A DNA stretch of 64,000 bases from Vicugna vicugna (GCA_013265495.1 MU058636.1:3397967-3461966); one strand, 5' to 3'. Numbered from the stretch's first letter, positions 1 through 13,406 are shown. Numbers and translations are program-made. The notes: generated from the sequence alone by a model not told the origin.

Positions 1-751
1 CTGCTGGGAGGGCAAGTGATCTCTACAAGGCCCGGTCTGGCCAGGAGTCTGGGGTGGGGGTCCCCCATGTGAGACTTGCTTCTGCAGCCCGGCCATTGCT
101 CCAACGACCAGGGGCCCTCCTCTACCGGCCATTAGGGACTGATTTGCCAACTGATGCTTTGCAAACAAAGATTGCATCTTTGCTGACAGATTTGGTATGA
201 TCTTGTTTCTTAGGCACCATCTAAGTCAGCACTGAGGAGTCTTTGCTGGTGTTTCTGATCCTGAGTGGTCAAGCGTCTGCCTCACTGCTGCTGGCAGCGG
301 GGCTGAAAATACAGCAGAGCTTCTTGGAAGGGACCACTCCGGGAGCTGTAATCAAAGCTCTGCATGGAGTTCCAGCCAAGCATCAGCACCTTGGCTTCCC
401 CACAGCCCAGCTTCAGAGGACACCTGAGCAACTCTGGCAGGAGCTGCCTGAAAGGCTAGCCCGTCCTGAGAGCCAGGGGCAAGGTCCGGCCTCGGGCAGC
501 CTTCCAAAGGACAGCAAGCCAACGCTGCTTGTATTCCTGCACGAGAGGTGGGTATGAACCTCCCTACTTTGTCAGGCCTGATGTGGATCAGAGTAAAAGT
601 GTGTTCAGAAACTGGCAAAGCTTCAGACATCCTGAATGAGAACTGATGGGGGAACAGGAGGGAGAAACTGAGGGAAATGATCACATTCTTAGTAAAACCT
701 TGATTGGATTCTGATGGACACTCGGTGAATACTCTTTTCTCTAGAACTGCA

Positions 752-1081
752 CAGCCAGCCCCTCCATATCTGCGGGTTCTGCATCCTCAGGTTCAACCAA
801 CTGCAGATCCAAAATATTCACACACACACAGACAAAAAATTCAGAAAGTTCCAAAAAGCAAAAGTTGAATTTGCTGCATGTCAGCAACTATTTACATAGC
901 ATCTACAACTATTTACATTGTACTGGGCATTATAAGAAATGTAGAGATGACTTAAAGTATGCAGGAGGATGTGTGCAGTTTATGTGCAAATACCGTGCTT
1001 TTTATATAAGGGAGTATCCACAGGTTTTGGTATTCCCAGGGGTCCTGGAACCAATCCCCTATGGACACTGAGGGGCAACTG
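752..1081 (-). mobile_element. MER2/MER2B-like Tigger (Tc1/mariner) DNA transposon relic
   Basis: Termini cagccagccctccatatctgcggg... and ...ggggtcctggaaccaatcccctatggacactgaggggcaactg, followed by TA. Confidence 0.8.
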
Positions 1082-1544
1082 TATACACATCAAAGGAAGA
1101 GGAAGATGGCAAGCTTAAACAATAGTCAGAAATGCAGGCTCAGTTGTCTGCTGGCTGACGATGGCCTCTTATACAAGGAGCATCACCTCAGAGATGGTCC
1201 TTGATATCCACATGTGATAAGCAGTGCAGATGTCAGAACTTAGCCATCCAAATGTGGCTTTTGGCCATCTCCAACCCTGACCTGTGCATCAGAAAAAGGG
1301 AGGGCCCGGCTCTGGCCCTGGGAACTCAGAGTATTTTAAACTAAATGTCTTCCCCCAGCCTATCTCAACAATACTTCCTGTAGTCCCCAGTTTTCTGGAG
1401 AGGAAGAGTGACTGCCATCTTCCTTCTGCAGACGGGGAACCTAAGGCAGAAACATAGTAGTACCCCCAGCATCGGCAAGTTCTTGGAAAAATCACAGAAT
1501 AATATTCATATCTTCTCCAGGCTCACCTCTTGCAAATTCCTGTA

Positions 1545-2160
1545 CTACCAAGAGTGTCATAATGGTGCAGCTGCTATAGAAAACAGAATGACAGTTCCTC
1601 AAAAAGTTAAACCCAGAATTACTGTATCATCCAGGAATTCCACTTCTGGGTATAGACCCACAAGAATTGAAAGCAAGGACTCAACCAGATATTTGCACAA
1701 CCCATGTTTGTAGCAGCATTATTCACAATAGCAACTCAAGTGTCCATAGACAAATGCATAAACAAAATATGGTATATCCATACAATGGAATATTATTCAT
1801 CCACAAAAAGGGAGGAAACCCTGTCACATACTATAGCATAGATGAACTTTGAGAACATTATGCTATGTGAAATAAGCCAGTCACAAAAGGACAAATACAA
1901 TTCCACTTACATGAGGTTCCTAGAGTCAAATTCATAGAAACAGAACATAGAATGGTGGTTGCTAGGGGCCGCAGGGAGGGAAAAATGGTGAATTAGTGTT
2001 TAACGGGGACAGAGTTTCAGTTTGGGAAAATGAAAAAGTTCTGGAGATAGATTGTGGTGATTCAAAACAATGTGAATGTACTTAATGTCACTGAACTGTA
2101 CACTCAAAATGTTAAAATGGTAAATTTTATGTAATGTATATTTCACCACAATAGAAAAAA
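1545..2160 (+). mobile_element. L1MB-type LINE 3' end
   Basis: gcagctgctatagaaaacag...aattccacttctgggtata...gaaataagccagtcacaaaaggacaaatac...aatggtaaattttatg...cacaatagaaaaaa. Confidence 0.9.
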
Positions 2161-5100
2161 CCAGCATCACAGTATCACCTAGACATTTTTGGAGTTTTAG
2201 GTGATCTCAAATAAGAATTACCCACCATCCAACCCTTCTGATGTCCTCGGAGATGAAGTGAAAAAGTGGACACGTAGGCTGTGATGCCATCTCTCTTGTC
2301 CCTTAGCCTTGGTTCTGCAGTGCCCACAGTCCAGAGTGGTAAGGACTCCCCCTTCATCAGCCCATGCTCACCCTCACCCAGCCCCTCCAGCCCTGATCTG
2401 ATCTGCTAGCAAGAGAAACTGTAACACAGAAAAAGGAAGACAAAGGATTAAGGTCCACCTGCCCAAGCCCTCCAGCATAAAATGTCATAGATTTAAAATA
2501 CATTTTCTTACCCACACATCGTAATAGACAGATTTTGCAGAAGGCCATGGGAAATACCTGATGGAGTGTTAGCACAGAAGTTGGACTTCAAGAGATATAA
2601 GGAAGAAGATCTCAGGAAGCATGAGAGAAGAGAGTGTAGACAGCTCATTTTAAGTGTTCTCTGTCTTGGCTTTATGACTTAACATGCAATAGAATAGTGC
2701 AAGTTACCAGAAACCATAAGCAATATGCTATACTTCCATAAAGCTTGTACTGAATAATTCTAAGTAAACAGGGTCTTTGGAGCTGCTTGAAAAGAAGGCT
2801 AGCCCTCATTTGGAAAACCCACAGGCCTCCTTGGAGGAAGTTAAGCTGGTGGTTAGAATGACCTGGAATTGTTGTATACACTGACAGCTGACAGTCACCA
2901 CGAGTACTCGGTCAACCTGCCAGTGGGGCAGGTATGGGACACTTCTGCTCCAGGCCTCCAGCACACTTGGCCCCTGCTTCCTCCTCCATCAAGTAAGACC
3001 TCATGTAGGCTGAAAAGTCATTAGGAGAAAATTACGAATGACAAAGCCATCAATAAACTACCTTAAAGTCTCTCACCTCCTGGCCTCGTTTGGTTGTCAT
3101 GCCACGTGCAGGAATAGTTACTTAGCTCTGTGCTGGTCATGAACAAATGTTTGATTTACTGGGTGCCAGTATTATTACTGTTATTCTGAATATCCCACAG
3201 ATATAGCAGTCCTATTTTTCAAGTCCCAAATTAGGAACTTCTAGTGTAAGATTTGTACAGTTTATTCAGGCAGAGTCTGATAGATTATTTCAACCCAAGA
3301 TTGTTTGGAAAATTCCAGGCTGTGTAGGGCCCACCGTTGACAGACACTCTAGCTTAACTATGAAACTTACCCCAGTTCCCATATCCTTGGGGGTGCATAA
3401 GGGTCATGATTCATCCAGCTGACACATTCCTCGTTGTTGCATTCAATTCAATTCGTAATCACACATTGATCACCTAAATGCAAATACTGAGTTGAGTGCT
3501 TTGAGAAACAGAGAAATGAAAAGGAAATGGCCGTGTCCCCCAAGAAGCACATGAGGGATGTGCCCAGGGGACTCCGGGATCTTGGGGAGCTCAGATTCAC
3601 TGTTGGTCCCCGATAATACCTGACTAGTGCCTCTAAGGCTTTTAATGGCAGTTTAAGGTATTTACACTTGATTAGGAACCAGAAGGTAATAAGTAATCTC
3701 CACGCAAAATGGAGGATAAGATGACACAGCTGGAGCCTGGCTGAGGCTCCAACACGGCGAGAGAATGACCATGGTCCAAGCTCAGATTCTCACGCTGCCC
3801 AGAGAGACCCACTTCCCCAGTGCTTCTTGAACTTTTGGGAGCCTTCCTACAAGGTCCAAACAGACCTATCCTTGAACAACTAATTAGTACTAATATGTAA
3901 GGAGAGGTTAATCGATTCATGGTTGTCCAAGCCCCTCAGGGGAGGCTCTTGGGTTTGATGGTGGAATTTCAGTGCAGTGAGCAGCACGGGAACAGTTTTG
4001 AGCCAACAAGCATTTCCGTTCCCTTCATCTCAGGTGCTGAAGGCCCTCTCCTTTGCTTGCATGCACAGCTGCCTCCAAGGGGAAATTCTCCTCCTCCTGG
4101 CCATGCCCCATGCAGCCACCAGCACAGAAGCATCCTTTCAGCCCTTCAGAAATCAGGCAGAGAGCATCGCGGGGAGCAGCAGCAGAGGGAGCACCCCACG
4201 GAGCTGGTCTAGCCCTACTCATGAGGCCGAAGTGAGAAACAGCATCACTTCTTCAATATGAGACTCAAGCCTTCTTGAGCTGCTTTCTTCCTGCAATCGT
4301 GGCCAAGCTGAAAGCCAACGACATTAGCACCTTCTCAAAAGGGGCCCTTTTGATACCAGCAGAGCTCACAGCATTGAGAAATTGAGAGTGTGGAAAATGT
4401 AGAACAAGCCGGCAGGGCAGCAGGGGCTGTGGGCCGGGCAGCGTCTTCAGACATGGTTCTGGGCATTTCTGGCTCAGCTCACTAGGCCTTCTATATTCAC
4501 TAAGTCATCATCTGGCTTGAATTGTTTCCCAAACAGGCTCCTCTGTCAGAAAGAGAGATTCATTCATTCATTCAACAAATACATTGATCCCCTACTATCA
4601 GCCAGAATGACACAATGCAGTTTAGCGGGAAAGGTAGCCAGAAGTACCAAGAGGCCTCCTGCGGAGTGTGCAGCCGCCGAGGGAAGCCCAGGGTGTTGTG
4701 GCCGCACCCGGGGCATCTCAGTCGGAGGGCTGGGGCAGGGAAAGCTGCTGACTGGGATACGACTTCCTACTGAAGGGCAAGGGTAGCTGGAGAGACAAGG
4801 TGAAGGAAGGCATTCCAAGACGAAGGATGCACATGGATGAACCAGGCAGAGGCATGAAATGTCCTGGCCCCTCCTTTGCCTCTTTGGAACAGTCCTTCAG
4901 TGCTATCTGAGAGGCGGCCATCCTGGGATACAGCCTCAGTAAGGCCACTAAGTAAAACGTAATTCTCAGCTTTTGGGTTGTGCTTTTTTTTTTCAGTCAA
5001 TATACCTTAAATTATGACATTGAATTCCCTCTCTCGTGGGTTTGGGCTACCAAGTCAGTCATCCTGGGACCACATCACCCATCCTAGTCTTGTTTCTAAG

Positions 5101-6129
5101 TCTCACAGTTGAGGCTTAGAGGATGTAGAGAACCCATCCTTGGAATCTTGCTACATGACCAAGACTTGCCTCTTATCCCATCTGGAGTAAAGGGGCATGG
5201 GCCATCTGGTGTGGCTGCAGGGGAGGGAGTGGCAGGTGCTAGAGCTAGAAAGGAGAGTGGGGACCAATTTCAAAGGATCTCCTAGGCCATGCCAACAAGT
5301 TGCCATGTGTCTGACAAGCAAAGAACGGTACGTTATCAACGCGTTCCATTTTCAACTTAATGCAGAAATGACATATTTAGGCCTGAATACACATTGTTGA
5401 AGGTGGCAATTTGCTGGCCATTCTTCTAGCGCCCACAGTAGGACAGTGCCTCGGGAGGTGGGGGGGACAAACTAGTACTAAAACCCAGCAGAAATGAGAC
5501 ATGGTTGCACATTACCTCTTCAGCTTTCATCTAAATTAATGGAAAATGGCTTCTTGTTCCCTTTACTCTGAAAATTTACAGTTGGCTCCCTCATGTACCT
5601 GAGGTCGGAATTCCAGGTGGACAGGTGATAAATACCAGGCTGTGTTCAAGGGCGGACTAGCTTCTCGTCTCAATTTTAAGATAAATATGTCTTTCCTGCC
5701 ATGCGCTCAGCTTCCAGAAACACAGCCATGCTTCCCGCAAGGCAATGCGAGAGGCTCGATCAAACTTCAAATGGGTATCAACTGCATCATGTGCAGGAAA
5801 AGTGTAGGAAAAGAAAAGTGCCTCTAAAAGAAAACCTAAAACATCCCACCCGAATTCATCTTGCAGAGAAAGAAAAGAAACAGACGAAACAGTGGTGATC
5901 CCCTGGGGCACCACCCTTGCTCCACCGCATTGGAAAGGGAGCGTGCAGGCTTAAGTCTAGCCGTGTCCAAGTCTCCTCTTTGTAAACAGCTTCCATGATT
6001 CCAGTTACCAGCATGCCCCCTGAGCAAAAGAGGTAATAGGACATTTAAAAAAACAAACTATATCATTATCACATGCTAATATTATTCATGTTTTTTAGAT
6101 CACGTTTTGGGGGGAAAAAATTAAGGGCA

Positions 6130-6355
6130 AAGGCCCTAGAGACAGATGGCTCGTTTCAAATTCTAGTAGAGTCTTCCTGCTCCGTGACATCGGGTAAAGT
6201 CACTGACCTCTGCGAGCCTCAGTTTCCTCAGCTGTAAAATACAGGTGATAAGTTGCACCTACCTTAAAAAATTGTGGCAAGGGTTCAATGAGTTATTCCA
6301 CAGAAAAATTCAGGACTCTGGCACGTACTAAATAGCCAATAAACATTAACGTTTA
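6130..6355 (+). mobile_element. MIR SINE
   Basis: Core gtcactgacctctgcgagcctcagtttcctcagctgtaaaat. Confidence 0.8.
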
Positions 6356-7792
6356 TTATGGTTGTGATTATGCCCACCGGGAGTCAGGGTCTCAGGCTCT
6401 GTCTGGGACCCACCAGCTTGTTTTGCAAAGACAGACTCTGCCCTGTAACTAAAATTTCTGCTCTCCCCTCACCTAGCACCGTAAAATGCATGTGTTTAAG
6501 GGCAAAAGAGTGAGGATGAGTCAGCTACCAAACATCCAGTTAAAGTCAGTGGCATCTTGTCCATATACAAAAAGCAACGCTTGTACTACAAAATAATCTG
6601 GATTTTTAAGGAAGAATCATGGCAGGAGAGTCTCCATTCCAAACCTACTTAAATAAAAACAATCAAGCAGAGAAGCAACATTCATCACCATTCAAATCCC
6701 TAAAGTCACACTTTGCCAAAACTTCTGAGTTATTAAGGACGAGACTGATGCTGTCTTTCTGTATAAGTACTGCGCACTAACCACTGGGGCTTCCATACTA
6801 TCTTTCTAAAGACAGAAATCCTAGGGAAAATGAACAAAACTTAAAAAAAAAAAACTTACAAAGGGAAACCCAAATCCTTTTACACCTGGCTGTAGCTGTC
6901 CAGGCTTGCTTAACATTAAAATACTGTTTAAAAAAAAAAAAGGCCAAATCAGATTTCACAAACTAATCTGTGTGGCTTATAAAAAGGTAATAACTTGGTT
7001 TGTCAAACAGTTGGCGGTCTGATTTCCCACTTAAAATTTTGCTACCCTGAATTATTATAATCTTTCAAATGTAAGGGAAAGTAGAGGCAAAGCCTTGCCC
7101 TTAACTTTTTCTGGGATCTCTTGTGTGCTTGAAATGGACTCTGATACCTTCAGAATTTGCTCTTGCCTTGAAGCAATAGACAAGTATGTGCTGCTCTGTT
7201 CTAAATATGGGAACAGCAAGTACAAATAGAAGATTGAAGATTTGCTTTGAAGCTCGATGTTGCCAATGCTGGAAGCAGGCAGCCGGGCCCTGCACAGTGA
7301 GAGCTTCCTGCTTTTAACGGTAACATATTAATTCTGGGCAGTGTCTGGTTAGACCGAAGGTCAAGAATCTGATTTTGACCTTAGTATTAAGAGGAATTCC
7401 ATGTGAATCCTAAGAGTGACTGAGTGAGTACTGTAATATTACTGCTAATTTATAATGATGATACTGTCCCAAGTTTCTTGTTTTAGTGCTTTTATCTCCC
7501 AGAGGTTTCAAATCACTTCACAGACCAATCATTTCCCCCACTGTTGACCTGTAATCAACTCAGGCACAGAATATTGCTCTATTGTCAAGAATATAGCCAC
7601 AGTAAGCCTGTTTAAGCATGAACTGAAGAAAGATACCCGCTGAAAATTAAAGTGTAAATTTTTGGTAGGCAGGTTATAATTAGCCACTTGAAATCGAGCC
7701 AAGAAATGAAGTTTAATACCCTGCTTCTGTGAAAAGCACCCGGGCAGCTTTCCTGACCATAAACAGACTTCAGGTCGTCACCTCCTCTAACT

Positions 7793-7955
7793 CAGGGTTT
7801 TTCAGCCTCAGCACTATTGACATTTTGAACGGGGTAATTTTCTGCTGTGGGGCAGAGGGGCTGTCTTGTGCACTACAGGATGATTAGCAGCATCCCTGGC
7901 CCACTAAATGCCAGTAGAACATGCACACGCGCACACACATAGAATTGGGACAACT
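7793..7955 (+). mobile_element. MER20 (hAT-Charlie) relic
   Basis: cagggtttttcagcctcagcactattgacatttt...ggggctgtcttgtgcactacaggatg...agcagcatccctggcc. Confidence 0.8.
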
Positions 7956-8596
7956 GATTAGGATTCAAAGAAACTTCAATTATGAAATGGATCTTCTATC
8001 ATAACCTTGATTATGAAATAGGGACCTGAAATTAGTTCCTAACCCCCCTCAAATTAAAGAAAATAGACAACTCTAGATTATCAAATGCACCCTCCCCTGG
8101 GTGGCAGGGGATCTCTTCCTGGCATGTAACTTCCCCCAAAGGACTGCTGTGAGTTATTACAGCTAGCACTGCAACATCCAGGCATCCACTGTGCCCACCT
8201 ACCTCTCAGACTTCCTGGGGTCAGAGTTCTTCTCCCTTCTGGAATCCACAGTCTCTGCCAAACTGCATCTAATCGCGCGAAGACACTGTGATAACCCCAG
8301 CCACCTCTCTGACCACCACCCATGGCCTGCAGCTTCTCACCCTCCCCCACGGCACTCACAAAACCTCCTGGGACCTCAGCTGCAGGAGGGCTCCCTCACT
8401 GCCTGGGCCACGTGCCCTCCACACCCCAGACACTGTGGCTTTCAAACTTTCTCATCATATTTTGTATCATGAACCCCCTCCCAGCTCACATCTACAAACA
8501 CACATTTTGTACTTTGTAAACTTTTTATTCTGAACTAATTTTAGACTTATAGAAAAGTTGCAAAAAAAAATAGTACAGAGAATTTCCATATATCCC

Positions 8597-8938
8597 TGCT
8601 AGGATCTGAATGCTATGTCGTCCCCTCCACCAAATTCATATGTTGAAGCCCCACTGTCACAATATTAGGAGGTGAGGCCTCGGCAGGTGATTAGGTTATG
8701 AGGGTAGAGCCCTCATGAATGAAATTCGCACCTTAAGAGGCTCTAGATAGCTCCCTGGCCCCTAAGACACAGCAAGAAGGCAGCATCTACCAGGAAGCAG
8801 GTTTTCACCAGACATAGAATCTATCGGCACCATGATTTGGGGTTTCCAACCTCCAGAATGGTGAGAAATAAATTTCTATTGTTTGTAAGCCACCCAGTGT
8901 GTGGCATCTTGTTATTTTAGCCGGAACAGACTGAGACA
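8597..8938 (+). mobile_element. MLT1A-type (ERVL-MaLR) solo LTR
   Basis: TG...CA ends; tgctaggatctgaatg...aaattcatatgttgaag...ggagccctcatgaat-like segment...cctccagaatggtgagaaataaatttc...taagccacccag...gactgagaca. Confidence 0.9.
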
Positions 8939-8998
8939 TCCGTATCCAGTTTCCCTGAGTGTTAACACCTTATAAAATCATAGTGCAGTTGCCAAAAC

Positions 8999-9541
8999 TG
9001 TCGCCAACAAAGCACACTGGGGTCCCCAGGAAAAACAAGATGGAATCTAGGTGGTAAGATAAGCTCTAACCTCTTCTTTCGTGCTTAGTCTAGTCTCACT
9101 TGCCTGTCGGGGACGGTGTGCCGAAGCCTCACACCTGACACTTCCAATTAGAGTTCCCAGCTCAGGTCCGCTGGGCGGGACACCTCACCTCAGGCGCTTA
9201 AAACCATGCTGCGCAGGTCACCTGGGTTCAAAATGGCCGCTGGCGGGGCGTGTGCAAAGGCTGCTCCCGCACTGTGACCGCGTGAGCAGCACAGCTGCGC
9301 CTGAGTGGGGCTGGCGAGAACCCCGCCCCCCATGGAGATCCCTAAAAAGCGGCCCCGCCCCATGGACCGGAGCGGGGAGTAGAGAGTCCGTGATCTAGAG
9401 CAAGCTCACGCTTCTCCGCTCTTTGATCAAAGAATAAAGATTTCCTCGGCTTCTGAGCCGAACTCAGTCTCCTTCTATTGGCTCTAGCGACACTGGGCAG
9501 GAGGACCCTTGCTGGGGACTGACTTGGGAGGGTCCGTAACA
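8999..9541 (+). mobile_element. Relatively young ERV solo LTR (543 bp, 4-bp TSD AAAC, class I/ERV1-like)
   Basis: Begins TGT, ends ACA; AAAC at 8995-8998 and 9542-9545. TATA-like cctaaaaagc at 9341, AATAAA at 9433-9438, CpG-rich. Removing it restores host caaaac|caggaaattaacatt. Confidence 0.8.
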
Positions 9542-10029
9542 AAACCAGGAAATTAACATTAACCAAAGCAACTGGCAATACTGTTAACCAAAGCCTTCAG
9601 TTTTCCACTGATGCCCCTTTTCTGTTCTGGGATCCTATCATTTCTCCTCAGTCCCGTGAATCTGTGACAGCGCCTACGTCTTCTCCTGACTTGTATCATC
9701 TTGACACTTTTGAAGAGTATTGATCCATTTTTTTTGTTTGGTTTTTTTGTTTGTTTTTGTTTTTTTCTTTTTTGTCAAATGTCCCTCAGTTTTGGTTTGT
9801 CTGATGTTTTTTCATGATTGCCCTGAGGTTATACATTTTGGGCAAGAATGATCCAGAAATGATGTGTGTCCACACCCTCCTCCCAAAAATATATCAAACA
9901 GAAATTTCACGAAACTGTAACTCAGCTGTGTAAAATACACGCTGGCATTTTCTATTGTTGTTTTAAATGCTGGTTTCACAGCCGTATTGCTTCACAGCCC
10001 TCTAATGGGTCAGAAGACACGGCCCTAGG

Positions 10030-10480
10030 CCACCTGATGTGGGAGGCCTTCTCCTTCCACTGGTTCTTTCCTGAATCTCTTTCCTTTCCTGGCTTCAGTG
10101 GCACTGCGCTGACTGGGTTTTCTTCCTCTCTGATCAGCTCTTCCCTGTAAGTTTCGGGCTTTTTGCCCCAGCCCCACCCTGGTGTCCTAGATAGTGGTGA
10201 TGGGTGTACAACACTGTGAGGGTCTGTCTGATCATATCTCACCAGAAGTATTTCCTCCGTGAGTTGGCCGACTCCTTCCATTTCGGCTCCACACAGGTGA
10301 CCCCATCCCTGCTCTACCACCTTGTTTCGGGCTCTGCCTTCCAGCTGCCTCCAGGAGTTTCCATGTGGGTGCCCTGCACTCACACTAAACTCAGTACGAC
10401 CAAATAACTTTTATTTAGCGCTGTCTCCCTCACAAACTGGATCTTTCACCTGTCAGTGGCATACCCTTTTCCCTACTCGG
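10030..10480 (+). mobile_element. L2 LINE fragment
   Basis: tctctttcctttcctggcttcagtggcactgcgctgactgggttttcttcctctctgatc...actaaactcag; typical degenerate L2 ORF2/3' sequence. Confidence 0.6.
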
Positions 10481-10537
10481 AAGAAGCCTGGCTTTCAGGG
10501 CCTGGCCAGCCAGGTCCTTTATTCTCCACTTCCTAAT

Positions 10538-10696
10538 CCAAGGGTTCTCAAGCTTTAGAGAGCACTGTAATCAGCTAGACGGCTTGCTGGGGCCCGCTCC
10601 CAGAGACTGTGATTCGCAAGTCTAGGGTGCGGCCCTAAATCTGCACTTCTAACGAGTTCCCAGGAGGGGCTGAGGACCACTCTGAGAACCACGGCT
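10538..10696. mobile_element. MER5A-like hAT relic
   Basis: ggttctcaagcttt...ctggggcccgctcccagagactgtgattc...aatctgcacttctaacgagttcccagg...accactctgagaaccac; terminal inverted ends. Confidence 0.8.
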
Positions 10697-11099
10697 GTAA
10701 GCATCCCACGTAGTAATTCCAGGCTCCTCATGCACTTCCGGAGCTGCAGGGAACCCGCAGCGGGGGTCACTACTGCATCAACCCAACCCAGCCGGGGCAG
10801 CTCACCTTAAGCCAGCTTTCCCCGACGTGGAATGCCCCGTCCAGCCCTTTGCCCTCCAACGACTCACATCTCCCCAATTCTGAGGTAACTCGCCTCCGAC
10901 CAGCAGCCCCAAGACTTTTTTTTTTAAACTTCTTCAGCCTTCATAGAGTTATTTCTCTTAGGACTCGCTGGCAAGGAAAGCGGTGATTACAATTGCAAGG
11001 TTAGTCCTGACTCTCCAGCTAGACGAGCTCCCCAGGTCCCAGGGTCTTAGGAAGTTGTTCGCCCTCCGTGCTCACTGAACTTTCTTCTTTCATCGTGAT

Positions 11100-11900
11100 T
11101 TCTAATACATCCCGTTTTCACCCTGCACACCCTCCCATACACGCGCAGGTACGCGCGCGCGCAAGCACGGGCCTAGGGCTCTGCCTGAAGCAGAGCGTGG
11201 GCGGCTGTTGCCCGAGAGCAAGCTGGCTAGCCCGCGTGAACTGGAAAGAAACCCAGTGATGCCTTGCAAGGACCAGCTGATGCCGGACAGCCGCTCTCCG
11301 GAACGTCGGTGCGGGGGACCTGGGTGGCAGGAGATGTAGAGGGGGATCAAGGTAGGGGGACGGTTGGGCTGCCCTAGAAGTGAACAGATGTCTTTGAAAA
11401 CCTTTCGGAGAACGTCCAAAGAAGCAGATCCAAGTTGAATCTTTGGAAGGGAAGTCAAGAACTGGCTCGCAAAGGAGGAGGGCGTCGGGCGCTGCGTGTC
11501 CCCTCCCTGGCTGCCGGGCTCGCGGCCTCCCCGGGCCCAGCCTGCGCGGCCGGAGGGCGGGACCTGCACTGCCGCGTCCGGCCGGCAGGGGTCTCCTTCC
11601 TGGCTTCGGAGCCTATTGTGAACTCACCAAATGGTGGCTCCGGGAAGAGGCCGCGCGGCCGGGGCGCAGAGCCGGGCCGCCCGCCGCCGCCGCCACACTT
11701 TTTCCGTCCTCACCTTTGAAACACTTGGTGGCTGCGCGGCTCCGGCGGGAGCGGGAGGAGTGACCTTGTCACGTGGGGGAGGAAATGCCTTCCTGGCCTC
11801 CCAAGCTGCCGGCTCTTGTTCTGGGCCTTTTCTGGCCTGATGAGCGAGGCCAGGGGCGCCGGCTCACCCCTAAAACCCAAGGCCATCGGTCTGTCAGGAC
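11100..11900. promoter_or_regulatory. CpG island without a coding gene (promoter/enhancer-like)
   Basis: GC- and CpG-dense; (CG)n tract at ~11148-11163; GC boxes. Confidence 0.8.
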
Positions 11901-13406
11901 CCTGACCATGGGAAGTTTTGTCCCAGGTTCCTCCTCACTTTCCCAGGGAGGGGTAGGAAAAGGGCTTGCTACCCTGACATTTTTGTCCTTCAGGGGAATT
12001 CACTTTCCCAACATAAATTGGGTAATGACAGCAGCCGAGGAGGCGCAAGTCGGGCCGCAGCGATCACTCAAGTCTTTTATTTAACAAGTGCTCACTGATC
12101 ATCTACTGGTGCCAAACACTGTACCCTGAGATTCAGTGGTGAGAAAGGACTCAGACCCTGTCCTTACTACCCAGACCGCTAAAGAACTGAGTTTTCAGGT
12201 GACCAGAGGGGCTTCTAGTGCCCATTACCTGAACATCTAAGAATCATATGGGGGAAGAAAGCCAGCCCTCAAACAGAAGCGCAGTCTCTGTGATCCTTTA
12301 CTGTGGGCTCACGTTAACATTTCAGACCTCTTCACTTTATTTAACGGTAACATGCAAAACACCTTAACCCACGGCCGACTTCAGGGCTGGGTCGTGCTAG
12401 CTGCTCAGATGCAGTGGTGAACAAGATTTGTCCCTATCATGGGGAGCGCACAACCTGGGGCGGGGGGTCTGAAAAGCTTAAACAATAAATAGTGTGGCTC
12501 AGATCACTGTTTGTCTGGGTTTCACTGATTTATCCTGTCGGGTACAAGAGAAATCAGGAGAGAGAGGCCCTGCACACAGCACTGAGTCAGACCCAAAGGC
12601 CAGCCCAAGTGATATGGAGTCCCACAGGAAAGCCACCATCTGGTGCTGATGCCCAGGGAAACATTAATTGTCCTGCATCCCAGGACTAGGAAACAGGAGC
12701 ATCCCAATTTCTGTTCTTGGATCTGCTCTGGCTTCACTGATGCCATTTCACTTCAAAATCATTTCCTGGGACACTCCTCAGGAACTAGTACTCAACAATC
12801 AAGTATTTTCCTTCCCTTCTCATGAAACTGTTTATAATCTGGCTGATGTTGGGAGAGAAAGAAGGTTCATTCTTTATATAGCTTTTATATAGCTCTGTTT
12901 TGGTTGTTATTGTTTTAATGTGCTAAAATTATATTTGGGTTTTCTTATTCACTTTTTGAAATAAGTTTTAGAAGTCCAGACTTCCAGGAAAGACTTTCTT
13001 TTCTACTTATTAGGTTAACAGAACACTAGCTGTGGGGTTCCAACCTCCGATGTTTCTAGGCAGCAAAAATCTCATCGCATAGCCAGAGAAACAGTCACAA
13101 ATTCCCATGACACACTTTCAGGCCATATCTCTGCTCTTGGCCTGCTGCAGGATTGTGGGAGTCGGTCAGTGCTGCAAATACTGGCTGAAGGCTCTTGGAA
13201 TCCCTCCACACCGATATTTTGTGCCTTTTCCCCCGAGTGAGAAACACAGAGTCCTCTACAAGCACTTTTTTATTTGTTTCAATTTATAAAAATACACAGA
13301 CCTCTATGTTCTGTGTTCTCTGAGCTCTGGGTTGATACTCAACATTTAGTGCTATTTTCAAAAAAAAGAAAGAAAGAAAACTTTGCCTCATTGAAAAAGC
13401 ACACCA

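Larger units (their letters stand above)
8500..9870 (-). mobile_element. Old L1MC/L1MD-type 3' fragment, split by two LTR insertions
   Basis: ttttattctgaactaattttagacttatagaaaagttgcaaaaa...aatttccatatatccc / tatccagtttccc...caaaac / caggaaattaacatt...ttgacacttttgaagagta...ttgtctgatgttt; pieces are colinear once the inserts are removed. Confidence 0.75.
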
